Part shown: positions 23,060-37,949 of the stretch, in pieces | How positions within the stretch are numbered: the stretch's first letter is position 1 | Layout of the letters: the number at the start of each line of letters is the position of its first letter | Assembly (NCBI GenBank): GCA_964016885.1 | Contig: OZ024741.1 | Coordinates: forward strand, 306,032,001 to 306,096,000 | Direction of reading: 5' to 3' | Source: Eledone cirrhosa | Lineage: Eukaryota | DNA: 64,000 nucleotides | Translations under genes and position numbers: made by a program | The notes under the pieces: model-generated | Told to the model about the DNA's origin: nothing | The model's database searches: none | What the model saw: the letters and a program-made list of their open reading frames with translations, nothing else

Positions 23060-24669
23060 TTAAAACGTTTATTATTTGCTGTTTCATATCTATGTTAGAA
23101 ATAATTATCAGCTCTAGAAAGACATATACCAGCAACGTTTAGTTTACCTTTTTTGTCTTTCTAACATTGATAAAATATGTACCAGTCAAATACTGGAGTC
23201 AATATGGCTACCTATATTCCAGCCCCAAAAAGTGTGGCATTATACCTGTTAGAAACCTTTTCATTTTAGCAACAACAAAACACTAAACAAATTTAAATAT
23301 TTACAGAATTTCTTTTTCTTGTTCAAGTTATGCTCTTTCAATGTAATTTCTTGCATATTTCTCTGTGTATATTTTAAGGGTATCAAAATAGATAGTTTAA
23401 TTGTATTTTTTCTGTGACATTTTCTAAGAATCTTTTAACAATCCATCATTATTTATCAAACCATAAAATGAGTTTAAATAGACTGGGAGTCAAAAGTAAA
23501 TTTGATTAGTCCATAATCATTTCTTCTTTGAGGAGAGAATTGCAATCAACGCTGTGAAATCGTTGTGTGGGTGTCATGACAAAAAACACCCAGCCGACAC
23601 TGAAGTGGTTGTGTAGGTGTCACAACAAAAAGTTTCCAGCATACACTGTGAAGTGGTCGTATCAGCCGACACTGAAGTGATTGTGTAGGTCTCACAACAA
23701 AAAACACCCAGCCTACCCTGTGAAGTGGTTGTGTAAGTGTCACAACAAAAAGCATCCAGCCCTCACAGTAAAGTGGTTGTGTAGGTGTCACGAGAAAAAG
23801 AACCACAGACACTGTAAATGTGCTTGATGTTAGGAAGGGCATCCAGCCATAGAAACTAAGCCAAAATCAGTTTTGTACAAGCAAGGCATGGTCATCTGAT
23901 CAGGCTTGTCTCACAATGAGACAACTCGTCTAACCCATGCTAGTGTGGGAAAATGGTCGTTAAATGATGATGATAATGATTTCCATAAAAAAGAGTGTTC
24001 TCCTTATAGTCAAACACTCTACAGCCCATTGACTAACCAATACCACTGTCTCTTTCTCCCTTGCTTTCTCTCTCTCCCTCACATATTGTTACTACAACAA
24101 TATCTGCCCCTCTGATGTTACAAACTCTATATTATGCTACACAAGGCACTCCCCTTTCTTCTATTTACACCATCCCTACTATCTTTCCCCTTCTATAAGA
24201 CTCCTTACAAAATACTTTACCGATTTCTTCCTTCCTAGAGCTAGTTTTGTGTGTGTGTGTGTTTTAGCTCTCTCCCCTCTGAGTTAAAATCTCACCAAGG
24301 TCAATTTTGATTTTCATCTTTTCAGGGTTAATAAACAAAGTACCAATCCAGATGAAATGCCATATGGTATCAGTTTTAGTTGTTTACATTCAGAGTTCAA
24401 ATCTTGCTATGACCTACTTTGTTGGCAGACTTTATCTGTCACCACAACCTCTGTTGCAAGTATTTGGGCCAATGTAGATATGATATGACTGAATATTTTG
24501 TAACCATTAGGTTCCAGATTCGATCCCACTGTGTGGCATCTTGGGCAATTGTTATTTACCATAACCTTGGGTCAACCCAACCCTTGTGAGTGAAATTGAG
24601 TAGATGGAAACTGTTTGGAAGTCTGTAGAATGGACTGTACCGGTAATTCAATAGGTCAACCTCCTCTTC

Positions 24670-25080
24670 CGCCTTCTTCTTCTTCTTCCTCTCCTCCTCT
24701 CCTCCACTTATTCTTGCAAGTGTCATGGGGGCAGAATACTCAGACATTCTTTCCAGAGGATCTTATCAGAAGCAACCATCTCCAAATGAGCCAGCTGGAT
24801 CCCCAAGTGAGAGAAACTGAGCTTATGGATATGATTCAACCATCATGCTCATGGTCTAGCTCTGGGTATCTTGCTGGTTAGCTTTGCCCCAAAACTCTTT
24901 CCAGTGATTCTTTTTTTAGACATTCTAACTACATGTCTGTAATACCAGAGCTCTAATCTCTTGGTACAGAGTAGATGCTCTACCTGAAGCAACTCTCTGG
25001 TCTCCAAGCTAAGCACCGTATCCAGTTATGTTGCTCCAAAGATCCTTTGGAGGAAACCCATTTCAGTTGCTTGTATCGTT
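24670..25080 (-). mobile_element. Decayed 3' fragment of an Expander/Rex3-like RTE
   Basis: Reverse complement is homologous to 30321-30715; (AGA)n tail. Confidence 0.65.
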
Positions 25081-25964
25081 CGGTCTCCCTGACTAAACAG
25101 TCAAAAAGAAATGTCCACACGCACACACTCATACAGTCAGACCCATACAAACATGTAGACATGCATAACCATATATGGGAGCTTCAGTATGCCTGTCTTC
25201 AAAGTAATAATTAGAATCTGGTTTCTGCAAAATGCTTCTTCACCCTGAAAGGTCAAGTATTGTTTTGTACTTTTTTTTTTTAAAACAAAACAAAAAAAAA
25301 CAATTTAGATAATGCGGTTTAATACAAAAACACCCAAGCTGACAATACATGACATGACAACCAACTCTAGCAAACATAGCTATCTAATGTTCAAGAAGTG
25401 TTCACTATCATCATCATCATCATCAACATCATATAACATCTCTTTTCTCTGCTAGCAAGGGTTAGACGAATTGTCATAGACCAGGTCAGTAGTACTCAAG
25501 CAGAAGTACTGATCTCTCAGATGGGTCGGGGTGGGGGTGGGGCTACATTTCAATCACATACACCTCTCTCTCTAAAGTCTATCTCAAGCCAGGAGGCTCC
25601 TCAGGCTGGTGCTTATCCTGGTTTCGTGATGTGAAGCAACTGAGAGTACATGATTTCTCCCTGGACAAGGTTAAATCCCCCTCCCCAACTATTGCTGTTA
25701 CTCATTTTCAGCTGAGTATATTGGAGCAACGTGAAACGAAGTGTTTTGCTCAAGAACACAACACACAACCCAGCCCAGAATCGAACCCATGACATTATGT
25801 TTGTAAGTCACTCACATACATCCCTGCACTTTACTGAATACTCAGATAGACTGGGCCCCACATTTTTCCAATATATGTTTCCACATTCTACTGAGTACAT
25901 TTTATCATGGCACCAGCACTAGGGAGGTTGTCGTGTCTTTAACACACCTGAAGAGTCCTCCTGA

Positions 25965-26029
<65 letters not shown>

Positions 26030-26046
26030 GAGAGAGAGAGATAAAA

Positions 26047-26382
26047 AGGGTAAAGAGTCCCTTTGGTTACAAATGATCATGGGATTTATGCCTAGAAAGT
26101 TTTCCTCGAAGGCACAAGCCTGGGCAAGGTGTGTTTGTGGCACACCAACAGTCGCCCATGCATACCAGCCTCCCCTCTTCACACTACCGATGTTGTCCAA
26201 GGGAAAGGCAATGGCCGATACAACTTGTCACCAGTGACGTCACAACTAATTTCTACAGCTGGGTAAACTGGATCAACGTGAAATAAAGTGTCTTGCTCAA
26301 GGACACAACACATCACCCAGTCCGAGAATCAAACTCACAACCTCCCGATTGCAAGCCCAATGCTCTAATCAATAAGCCATGC
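26047..26382 (-). mobile_element. CORE-type tRNA SINE
   Basis: Reverse complement of the 6291-6636 family. Confidence 0.8.
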
Positions 26383-26979
26383 ACTATATATATATACCAT
26401 GCACATAGACACATACTACACACACACACATATATATATCATCATCACTGATTAACATCTATTTTCCATGCTTGCATAAGTTAGACGGATTATCATGTAC
26501 TGAGGCTTGACAAGTCAGGTGAACACGCCATGCTTGTACATTCTGTTTTTAACTTGATTTCTATGGCTGGATGTCTAACTTAATACCAAGCACTTTACAG
26601 TGTGTACGGGGAAACATTTTATCGTGACTCTAACACTACCACCTCACAAAGCTGACTGGGTGTTTTTTGTAATGGCACCAGCACTACCAATTTACAGGGT
26701 AGACTGGATGTTATTTTTTATTGTGGCACCAGCACTACCACTTTACACAGTGAGTTGGGTGTAGTTTATTGTGGTACCAGCACTACTTCATTACAACACT
26801 AGGATGCTTGAAGTGTCCTTAGTCAAGGTATTGATGGGAGCATGTGTGTGGAATGGGAGATGTGTGTAAAATGAGAGGAGTGACAAGCTACATACACTTT
26901 GCATACTTCAAGCACATAAAAGTAAATGGATTGCTGGTTTGGTTTCCATGATTTGCTGAACTTAATTATTCATTGTATT

Positions 26980-27168
26980 ATGGTGGATTGCCAGTATCGG
27001 TAGAGGGTCGGATGCCATGCTTTGACACATAGAGTTACGGCCCTTGCCATTCTGAGTTCAAATCCTACCGAGGTTAACTTTGCCTTTCATCCTTATGGGG
27101 TCGATAAAATAAAGTACCAGTAATACACTGGGTAATTGCTGGCCTTGTGCCAAAAGTAGAAACAATTA
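26980..27168 (+). mobile_element. Meta-type tRNA SINE
   Basis: ggtggattgccagtatcggtagag..gagttcaaatcc..gcctttcatccttatggggtcgataaaataaagtaccag..ggccttgtgccaaaagtagaaacaattat. Confidence 0.8.
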
Positions 27169-27742
27169 TATAGTTTAAGTGGCTGAGTATTCCCAGGACA
27201 CATGCACTCTTAACTTAGTTCTCAGGCTGAATCAGCTTGACACAATATGCCAAGATAGACAACTCCCATGTCATTCTCTGGCCCATCAGAAATGCAGTGA
27301 ACCAGTGATTGACCTATAGGGAAACTGCATCCAATAGTAGCAACACTATTAGTCACCAAAGCAATATAATACACCTCTTGGCTAGGGTGTAGAGTATACT
27401 GCTCCCTCCTCTTTTCCCTTACTTTTACTATTTAATTATTTTCTTTTCCTTTTCATTTATATTTCTTTTGCATATTAAGGCAAACATTGATGAATTGTAA
27501 ATCCCTTTCTTTGATCTGTAAAATAAAATTTCAGTCACACACATATATATATATATATATAAATATGTATATATATATATATAATCAATAAAAACATTAA
27601 TGTTAAAATTCATGTTAAACTTAATATATATATGTCTGTGTGTGTGTGTGTGTGTGTATAATGAAAAATATATATACAAATTTTATTAAATATAAAGATA
27701 AAATGAATCATATCATTATTTACTTTTTTCTTCAATGCCTCT

Positions 27743-27789
<47 letters not shown>

Positions 27790-28732
27790 TTGCATGCTCA
27801 CTCCCTTTCTTCTACTCACTATTCTTATATATTTTTACTGATTTTAGTCATTAGACTGAGGCCATGCTGTGGCACTGCCTCGGAGGGATTTAGTCAATCA
27901 GGTCAATCCCTGAATTTATTCTTTTCAAATCTGGTATTTATTTTATTGACTTTTACATGTTGAAATTCTAAATTAAGGGACATGAACAACACAGATTTAC
28001 ACACACACACTGAACCTCTTCATCACCCAATTATGCCAGTGGCCATCTTTACATATCAATTTGTTAGCTAATACTTCAACAAGTTACTGAGAGATTCTGT
28101 TCCATTCAAGAACCTTTAACCCTTTAAAGCCTTTCATGACCATATTTCTAATGAAATTCACCCTGTTTTAATTAATGAAGGATTTTGAGTGATTTACTAA
28201 AATTATTGATTATATCATTACTAAGATAGTAACTTAATGTAAGGTTCTTATAAAAAAATTCTGTTGGAAGATTTTTATTTTAATTGGAAACCTTTAAAAT
28301 GCATGGTTATATTTCATAGAACCAGACCTGGTTTTGGCCGGGTTGGTAACTAAAGGGAAATACTAAATCACCTGAAACTGCCCCTGGTTTTATGACACAA
28401 AACAGCTCCTTTTGAAGGACTCATACTTATATTAAAACCTTTCATCATAATTTTAAGTGAGAACCTTTTTTTAAGTATGTTCCAAACACTTCTTAGGGGA
28501 GCTATTCTGCAAGAGGACATGTCGCAGGTGGTGGATAACAATATGGCCACCAAATATGACTAAGCAGATGGGAGTGGGGATACTGACAAGTTCTTGGCTG
28601 TTGGAATGTGTTATGGACTGGATCCCATCAGGAGGGAGGATTTGACTCTTGAAAATTAGGCTGAAAGAAAAGTCTCTGTGGGTGGTCCAAATACAAATAC
28701 TTTCTTGATGAAGTCATTGCAGTATTAGATGT

Positions 28733-29091
28733 ATGCTCAGGTCTCGAATAATCGCCCTCCCACCACCACTTATTAATATTTCAGATTTTTTTTCCCAAAT
28801 CCCCACTAATTAAATTTTGCTAATCTATCTCTGGTGAAATTTTATTTTAAGTCATAACATTCCTGCAACAATTATTTTTCTGTAGACATTAAACAACATT
28901 GTACATGACAAAAAAAGTACATTACTGGAAATCCCATATGTTATCAAATAAATAAGATGAGTCTCAATATGTAAACTAAACAACTAATTTTTTTTTTTTT
29001 TAAATCAAGGGAGACAACCTAGAAAAATTATCTACCCCACCCCACCCCATCTGCTTATTCCAACCCCCTCCTACTATTTGGGACCCAAGAG
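28733..29091. mobile_element. TIR MITE (probably Tc1/mariner type)
   Basis: Ends ctcaggtctcgaataat / tatttgggacccaagag; same family as 46964-47235 and 62205-62622. Confidence 0.65.
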
Positions 29092-30320
29092 AAGTTAAAA
29101 CCGAGTCCAATATCCTAATTTCTTGCATAAGGTTTAGATCAACCTAGCGCTATAATAAAGACACTTACCCAAGATGCCATACAGTGAGACTGAACCTAGG
29201 ACCTCACAACTGCAAAGCAAACTTCTTAACTATTCAGATGAAAGTAAATTTGTACCTAAACACAAAATTGTTTATATTTTAATAAGTAACCTTCAGCTGC
29301 TATCATGGACAGTTTGTGAATGAGAAAGGCATAAACAAATCTTGATGAATTATTAAAAAATCAATGAAGCCAGTCACTTCAATCATCATCCCAATCTACT
29401 GAAGTAACGCCCTCATGGGATCTAATTTGACAATGAGATCACACACATATGGATGTGAGTCTGCTTATTTATTTATGAATATACTTGTTTACTATATTAA
29501 TCATTAAATGTGTTTTCAACTACTATGTAATAAGTTATTTTTATAACAGAAGAAAATCTCCACACCTATTATTCCATGAAGGACATTTAGCTGTAAAAAC
29601 AATTGTATCAACAACATGCTACTAATACCCAAATTTGTAAAATTTGCTAGTCTTTATGTAGTCACTTGACCAGCTAGCTGTCAAATCTCCCTCAAATTAC
29701 ACACAACCATCTTAAAATAAAAGGAAGTACAAAAAAAAAGAGAAAAAAAGGAGCCAATTGTCAGATGGAAACAGTGTTTCTATTGGTCTTTCCATTGCTA
29801 ATACTATCATGACTCCAATGCCCTAACCACTAGCAATGCACTTTCACATGAAGTACAAATTAAATAATAAAGATCTAAATATACTATAGAAAAAAACAAA
29901 ACATTTTTATATCCTTAATCGATGGAAATAGTCCATAGGACAGTGAAAATAGACTAGCTCTATAGTTCCACAAACCAAGGACACAACAAATATTTCTCCT
30001 TCTCTGTCAACTGACTTTTTTTCTGGTGGAGCTTTTTACCAATGAAGAGTATGTATATATGCTTCATTTGTTTTTTTTTTCTTTAACCTTTTCATTACCA
30101 TAATTCACATGAAAGACATTGCCTATATTTTTCAAATAATTTGGAAAACAATCAAGAATTTTGAGAGATTTAGTAATATAACTAAATTTCTCATTATTAA
30201 GCTAGTTTTTTGAAAATAATTAAGATTTTGAAGAGATTTAGTAATATAACTAAATTTCTTGTTATTAAACTGGTGTGTAGAACAAAGATTCTTACATAAA
30301 ATTACAATGCAAGAATACAA

Positions 30321-30715
30321 TTGCGAATACAAGCGGCCAAAATGGGGTTCCTCTACGGGGTCTTTGAAGTAACGTTACTCAATAAAGTGCGTAGCTCGGA
30401 GATCAGTGAGTCACTCCAAGTAGAGCTGCTGCTTCTCCAAATTGAGAGCCCCGATACTATGGGCATGTGGTTAGAATGTCTCAGAAAAGAATTGCTGGAC
30501 AGATTTTACAGGCGAAACCAGCCAGCAGGAGACCCAGGGGTAGACCCCAAGCAAGATGGTTGGATAACATCCATGAGCTTGGCTGTCATGCTTGGGGATC
30601 CAGCTGGATCAGTTGGAGATGGTTGCTTCTGTCAGGACCTGCTGGAGGGAATGTTTGAGGACTCTACCCCCACAACCCTCTCAGGAATAAGTAGGCAAAG
30701 AAAAGAAGAAGGTTT
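30321..30715 (+). mobile_element. 3' fragment of an Expander/Rex3-like RTE, frameshifted
   Basis: RIQAAKMGFL..VRSSEI..VELLLLQIE, then H.VRM...RRPRGRPQARWLD in another frame. Confidence 0.75.
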
Positions 30716-31164
30716 TTAGATAAATAAAACACTTTAAAATAAACAACATAGGAATGTAAAAGCATGGATGATTTAGTATCAAAGAATTATTGTGGGAAAA
30801 ATAGTGAAAAGGGGATAAGATAAAAATAATTCCATTGATAAAAGCATAGAATAGTTTTATAGAATTGTATGACTTTTAAAAAGTAGGACATGGATTTTCA
30901 AAAGGTTCTCACTTTCTATTGATCTGTTATTTACAGCTTTGCTGAATAAACAATTTTACAGATGAAAGATTCTCTCCCTTCTATTTATAACTGTGCTGTA
31001 TGTCTTAAAACATTAATAGATAAATAGTACCTGTACAATACATGCTGATACTTGATTTTTCATTCTTATATATAAGTCATTTAAATTTTATCCCCTACAC
31101 AGAAATATATAAAGAGCTCCAGAAAAAATAATGGGATATGCCTGCTGACCTTCCTCCCTGACTG

Positions 31165-31970
31165 TGGTCATCATCATCATCATCACCATCATCATCATTC
31201 TATGTCTGCTTTTTGATGCTTGCCTCACTCCACTTGCAGCTTTCCTTCATCATCTCCTCGGTAAGGTTCAACATTTTAAGATTAGCTCTAATCACAGGTG
31301 CCCAGGTCTCTTTTGGTCTTCCTCTACCACAGTTTCCTTTCACTTGCACCACCCAACACTTCTTCACTCACGGTTCTTCATCCATATACATTACATTTCC
31401 AAACCAGCCTTGTACACTATAACTGTTTCTACTTTTGGCACAAGGCCAGCAATTACCTAGTGCATTACTGGTACTTTATTTTATCGACCCCAAAAAGATG
31501 AAAGGCAAAGTTAACCTTAGCGGGATTTGAACTCAGACCATAAAGGGCCGTAACTCTATGCTACTAAGCATGGCGTCCGACCTTCTACCGATACTGCCAA
31601 CCCAACGCCCATTGTACACTATAACTGATTCCTCTTATTCATCCATGTCCCATCCATGCACACATACTGTACATCCAATGGACTATGCATGCTTCATATG
31701 TCTCCATTCACTGTATATTCTTTGCATTTATGACCCATGTCTCATTGTGCCATATAAAAATAATTGTTTCCACTTTTGGCACAAGGCCATCAATTACCCA
31801 GTACATTACTGGTACTTTATTTTATCGACCCCATAAGGATGAAAGGCAAAGTTAACCTCGGCGGGATTTGAACTCAGACCATAAAGGGACGTAACTATGC
31901 TGGAAAGCATGGTGTCCGACCCTCTACCGATACTGCCAATCCACCGCCCCGTGCCATATAAAAATAATGT
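31165..31970 (-). mobile_element. Decayed RTE 3' fragment interrupted by two Meta-type SINEs with long TSDs
   Basis: SINEs ~31425-31610 (TSD ttgtacactataactg) and ~31765-31950 (TSD gtgccatataaaaataat). Confidence 0.75.
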
Positions 31971-33054
31971 TCAATCTCCCCTCTCAAACTGAACACTCAA
32001 TAATAGGTGCATTTTATCATGGCACCAGCACTACAATATTACACCCTATATGCTCTGTAAAGCCATAGTATTGGTACCACAATAAAATGCATTAAGTACA
32101 CTCAGTAAAGTAGTTGGCATTAGGGAGGGCATCTAGCCATAGAAACAATGCCAAACTATGGAATGTATGGGCAAAATGAGGTCGCTCTGAATCATTTACC
32201 ATAACAACCTATCTAACCCATGCCAGCATAGATGACTGACATAAAATGATGATGATTATGATGATAATAATGATGTTGTTGATGATGATGATAATGATGA
32301 TTACCACAAGGATGATGATGTGTTGATGATGATGTGTTGATGATGATGATGATGAGGAGAATGATAATGATGATGATAATGAATCTCAAGTAGATGATAT
32401 TAACCTTCAACCCTGCATAACATTCCACATATAGACTTTAACACATCAATCTCACCAGATTAAGATAACATGCATCTGTCTCCAGGTGTACTTTAACCGA
32501 TTTATTCAACTATTATTTATGGTTACTAGTAGAAGAACTTCACTTCGGGTGGTTTTCTGCTAGCATATATAGTGTGCATATTGATATATGCAAATATATA
32601 TTCACATAGATATGATACTTAAATTGACAATATGCACATAAACTGAACAAAGACTGTGTTACACTTACTTCTGTAATAAGTAAAGTAATCCATGATACAT
32701 TTAAAAAAAGGCGATAATGGAGATGGAAAAGCGATGAAACTGTTGACGGAAAATGTTCATGAATCTTCACTTGAGAATGTCGATGGGAAGCTTCAAGCAG
32801 TGAATTTGAAAATAGATGCTGCTGGTATGAATGAATGAATGAATTTACCAATATGAAGAGTTGACCTTCGCTATATTGCTGTTTTACTGTATTCACATAT
32901 AGACTTCTTAAGTTTTTGTAGTGTTCCTTTTCTAGCAGTTAAAAAGTAACTGAAATGCATTTCAACTAAAAGAGAGTGATAGCTGTTTCACATCACTGTA
33001 GAATTTCTTTGTAGACACAGTTGTCAGCAAACAGACCCCTTTCATTTAATATTT

Positions 33055-36000
33055 TTATATTTTCTTTTTTTGAACTCGTGATAATGCAACATACATCTGA
33101 CCATGTGAGAAGAATTGTGTTGGTAGATATACACCTATCTTTTCAAATGTCTGCCCTTGTGCCTTGTTGCATGTAAGGGCAAAGGCTGGTTTAACAGGAA
33201 ATTGCTGGTGAGTAAAGGTGAAAGGGAACTCAAGCTCTTGAGATACATATGGTATCCTTGGGATTAGCAAACTTGTTCCAGCATTGGGACCCAATGCCAC
33301 TTCAGCTTCAATTACATGATTATGTAAACTGATGATGATGTAGTGTGTACCATTGCAATGCCCGTTTAGAGGATCCATATTTCTCAGAAGGATGATGCAA
33401 CTGCCTTTCTTCAGTTTAAGTATGTGTGTTGGGAAGCCTGATGGGGTAAGTTTGTTGATGAACTCAATTGGCTATTGCAGTTCCAGAGCTTCTGTAGATT
33501 ATTTCATGACCAGGGAACTTGTTGACCATAAACTCATTCACCAATCTTGCTGCATCATTTGTTGGAGTGATAATGGCTCTATTTGCAAGCCATAGTGAGT
33601 TTGTGTAGTTTCCTGGAAGATTTGTATACACAAAATCAGACAGTCCAGACACATTACCATATTCCAGACAAAGTTCATTTGGCAGAAGAATTGTGAATGC
33701 ACCTACAGTTGGAATGTTACCATTTCCCACATCAAGAAGGTAGTTTACAACTTGTCTTTCATCAGAATCCTCTGCATTAATTAACCTTTGATTGGTTGTC
33801 ATCTCCATGGTTTCCACATAGTCCCAGAGATAGGATCTCTTGATGGTTGCCTCAAGTATTTGTGGTCTAGCACCATAACGTACAACTGGAAGAATTTGCT
33901 TCCAGTCACCAGATAGTAATACTGTTAGACCACCAAATGGCTTTTTGCAATCTCGAACATCTTTGAAGCTCCTGTCAAGGCATTCAAAGATATGCTTATG
34001 TCCCATACCTATCTCATCAATGATTAGCAGGTCAGCTTGCTGCATAAGTTTACCTGTGTCATCCCTCTTTGTGAAGAAGCAAGTTGATTCAGCAGTCACA
34101 TTGAGAGGAATCTTGCACTTGGAATGAAGAGTTCTACCTTTGTGAAGTAAAGTCGCTGCTATTCCAGATATGGCAGTGGCAAGAGCAATTTTTTTTTTTA
34201 GATCGGAGGTAATCCAATAGGATGTTTATGACATAGGTCTTTCTTGTACCTGCACTTGCATTCAAGCAGAAAATTCTGCCTTCATTTTCATTTACAGAGG
34301 TGATTACTTTGTGAAAAGTAACCAGTTGCTCAGGATTCAATGTTGGCAGAAGTTCATTTATGTTTGCTTGCAGTTGGAGTGTATTGAAATCAGTTTCTGC
34401 CATAAGAACCCTGTTGATTTTTGGTATGGCTACAATAGTTGGGTCTGGCCGAGGAAGTCCGTAGTTGGCATGAATGTCCAAGCCATCATGTTGAAGTCTT
34501 TGTTGGATCTTCTGTAGAACAATCTGCACGGTTTGCATGGACATGACTTGTTCATGATGTTCATGCATGATATCATCTGCAAGACAATTCTTCCATTTCT
34601 CCTAGAACTGCAGAGGGTCATTTGGCACGCTGTACAATAAAATGGTGCAGAAGATCTCTCACAGCTGAGGACCAAGCGTAATGGATGAGGCGTCTTCCAT
34701 AGCTTTGTCTTTTTCTCCATCTTCATCTAACAGACCAAGTTTCTTGCATGCTTCTTGGAATATTGGAAATTCAACTCCTTCAATTGTCCTCAAATCTTTG
34801 TATGAAGTTGACCTAGCCTTGTGATGTAGGATCATCCTGACGTAATATAATTCAGATTGATGTCTACTGAGAGATACTGTTGGAATGTGTCCAAGAGATT
34901 TACTCATAAATTGTTAATCACCATCCAGATGTCCCTTTTTTCTTCTTTGCCACTTTTTGTTTGTCCAAGTGAAATATCAATATACAATATGTTTTGTGCC
35001 AGTGGGTCTCTAATATTCAGTTGAAAATATTCCGTCAACTTAATCATTGGCTGTCCCCTAGAAACAATACTTTCTTCCTGCCCTTGCTCATACATGACCA
35101 TTTGTTCCCCAGGTAAATGGTAAGGCAACTTTTCAACTGGCAGTTTCCGATGATGTAATGGAAATTTATAGATTTTCCAGAATGCTTCACTGGCTGAGAT
35201 GTACCGTGCATTGATATAGGTCTCAATCTCATTTTGGGCATGGACACAATTTCCTTGATCATCCTTAATAGTGAAAGTGATCTTGTCTGATCCGTTTGTG
35301 ATGTACTTATATAAGTACTTAACGGCCTTGATATTGTGGACAACCTCACAATTGATGTGGCACTGATATCTCAGTGCGAGGAAAGGGTTGTCCAACGATT
35401 ATCAACAGTAAATTCTTGACCTTTAAGTTGGATTGTATGGGTGTGACCACCATGCTGTCTATCCCTTCTTCTATATTCCGGAAAGGAATTTTCGGCAACA
35501 AATGTGGTTTGTCTGAATGCCTTGGTATAACTTTTTGAGCAATGGCGTTGTTGTCCTAGCCCTTCCATACATGAGCACATCATATTAGCTTGTCCCCATG
35601 GGTCATGAATGTTGCAGGATGTGATGATCTTATGCAGAATTGGATTGGTCTCTTTATCAGAAATCTCACAGTACACTACCTGATCAATGGCATCAGCAGT
35701 TTGGGGCTTGCTATCTTCAGCCATTATCAGCAGAATATGAGCATGAGTGAGGCCTCGTTTTCTGCCACTCTATTGTAGCAGAACGAGCCACAACTTTTCC
35801 TGGGACATTTTTTTTCAGTATGTCATCCATGAGGCTATCATACTTGATCTTGAAGACTCTTGCACAAATATCAGGAAGGTCTCTAGGTTCTTCACCAGGG
35901 TGCAAACTATTTTTTATTTCATCCCAGTTAGGGTTAGTTGTTACCGTGATGAAATAAGATGGCTTTCCCATGTGTCGAACCATAGTCATCGAATTCTGAA

Positions 36001-36106
36001 AGCACTCACTGTAGAACCAAGGGGAATCATAGATTGAAGGAGGAAGAACAATTCTCTGGCCTGCACTTGTTTCAGACAATAGACTGTGCTCATGCTGGGG
36101 TACCAC
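33055..36106 (-). pseudogene. Helitron Rep-helicase (HUH Rep + PIF1-like SF1 helicase), many frameshifts/stops, N-terminus missing
   Basis: Rep motifs PSYFITVTTNPNW, IEWQK/RGLTHAHIL, KYLYKYI; helicase motifs ASAGTRKT, IIDEIGM, FGG..GDWKQILPV, FALTCNKAQGQT, FSHGQMYVALSRV. Confidence 0.93.
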
Positions 36107-36637
36107 GATTAAAGGATTTGCTTGACCTCAATTCCAGTACATATATTTTAAAATCTAGTACTTATTTTATTGATCTCTTCTATTCTCTTTGAAATGTGTG
36201 TGTGTGTCTATGTGTTCATATGTATGATGGTACCCTATCGCTTGCGACAAGGATTCTTCCAGCTAGGTTTCTCAAATGGAATTGCCTGAAATTTAGGTGA
36301 GAGTGTCTGAGCATTCTATAGACACGTATAATGGAGGGTTTCAGGGTGGGACTACATTGGTTCTTCAACTTATTGGCAGAGTACACTTTTTTTTACTTCA
36401 GTGGAGAGAAGAAAGGCAAAATAAAGTGTCTTGCTCAAGAACACAACACACTGATGGGATTTGAACTCCCAACATTACAATCATGAGACACACACGGGCA
36501 TAAACGCATGCACATATGCACACATACAGATACAGTAACACACATATGCACACACACACATAAGCAAACAGATACACACACACACACATATACATTTATA
36601 TACACATAAACACTTATGCACACACACAGATACACAC

Positions 36638-36677
<40 letters not shown>

Positions 36678-37108
36678 CGTGTGTGAGTGAGTCTATGTAC
36701 TTATGCAATGGTAAAAAGAATATATACCTGTGGATTGAATCATTGGCACTGTAGTAAATTATCCTTTCCTTATTTCCACATCTTCACATACATACACACA
36801 GCCACATATACAGATAACCACACTATCGTCTATCTTTCTACCTACCTACCTATATATCTATGTATCGATCTATCGACCTAGCTATCTACCTGCCAACCTA
36901 CCTGTCTACCTATCTCTCTCTCTCACACATACACACAAATATATGTATCCTAGAGAGTGTGTCTGTTAGATGTATAATTGCATTTCAAGAATTACGAAGA
37001 ATTTTCAAGTTACTTCATCCGGGGAGGATTAATAATAGCTTCACTAACCTTAGAAGACGATTTGTGTGCGGTATGTATGTGTGTCTATATATATATATAA
37101 ATATATTC

Positions 37109-37627
37109 GCACTTTGGACCAGACTTCGTGCATGCACACTTTCGACCAGACTTCGCACATGCGCAGTATGGACCAGCCTTCATGCATGCTCAGTACGAAC
37201 CAGCCTTCGTGCATGCGCACTTCCGACCAGCCATCGCGCATGCACAGTACGAACCAGACTTCACACGTGCGCAGTACTGACCAGCCTTTGCGCATGCTTA
37301 GAACAGACCAGCCCTCGAGCATGCGCATCTCGGACCAATCTTCGTGCATGTGCAGTACGGACCAGCCATCATGCATGCGCACTTTGGACCAGACTTCGCG
37401 CATGCGCACTACAGACCAGCCTTTGCACATGCGCAGTATAGACCAGCCTTCGCGCATGCGCACCTCGGACCAGACTTCGTGCATGTGCAGTACGGACCAG
37501 CCTTCGTCCATGCGCAGTATGAACCAGACTTCGCGCATGCACACTTCGGACCAGCCTTCGCGCATGCCCACTTTGGACCAGCCTTCGCACATGCGCAGTA
37601 CGGACCAGCCTTCGCGCATGCACAGTA
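37109..37627. repeat. 19 x 27-bp CpG-rich minisatellite, consensus gaccagccttcgcgcatgcgcagtacg
   Basis: Counted from the 9-aa DQPSRMRST periodicity; substitutions only, no indels. Confidence 0.92.
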
Positions 37628-37949
37628 GAGACGTGTGTGGAAATAAGAGGGGAAGGAAAGCAATAATTATTAGCATGTGTGCGTGTGTATGTACGTGCGC
37701 GTATGTTTGTGTGTGTACGTGCATGCAGCGTTCCATACAAAGTAAAAACTATCAACATGTGTGTGGACATGTAAGTTTGCATGCGTGTGCGCGTTTCCAT
37801 GCGTGTATGTGTGTGTACGTGCGGCATCCCACAATCGCCACAAAGTTTATCTGTCTGTGGGCCTGTTTGTCAGTCTAACATACACAGAGTTGTGAAGGGA
37901 GTAAATAGGGACCTTTTTTTACATTGACGGACATCTTTTATATTAATTA

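Noticed and set aside
37109-37627. CRISPR-like appearance of the 27-bp array (also the 48-bp and 52-bp arrays)
   Set aside because: Units are contiguous with no unique spacers, no cas genes, and the context is eukaryotic
37066-37878. 270-aa ORF with 9-aa DQPSRMRST repeats, and overlapping ORFs on both strands
   Set aside because: Open in several frames because the 27-bp unit has few stops; flanks are microsatellite; no codon-position bias apparent
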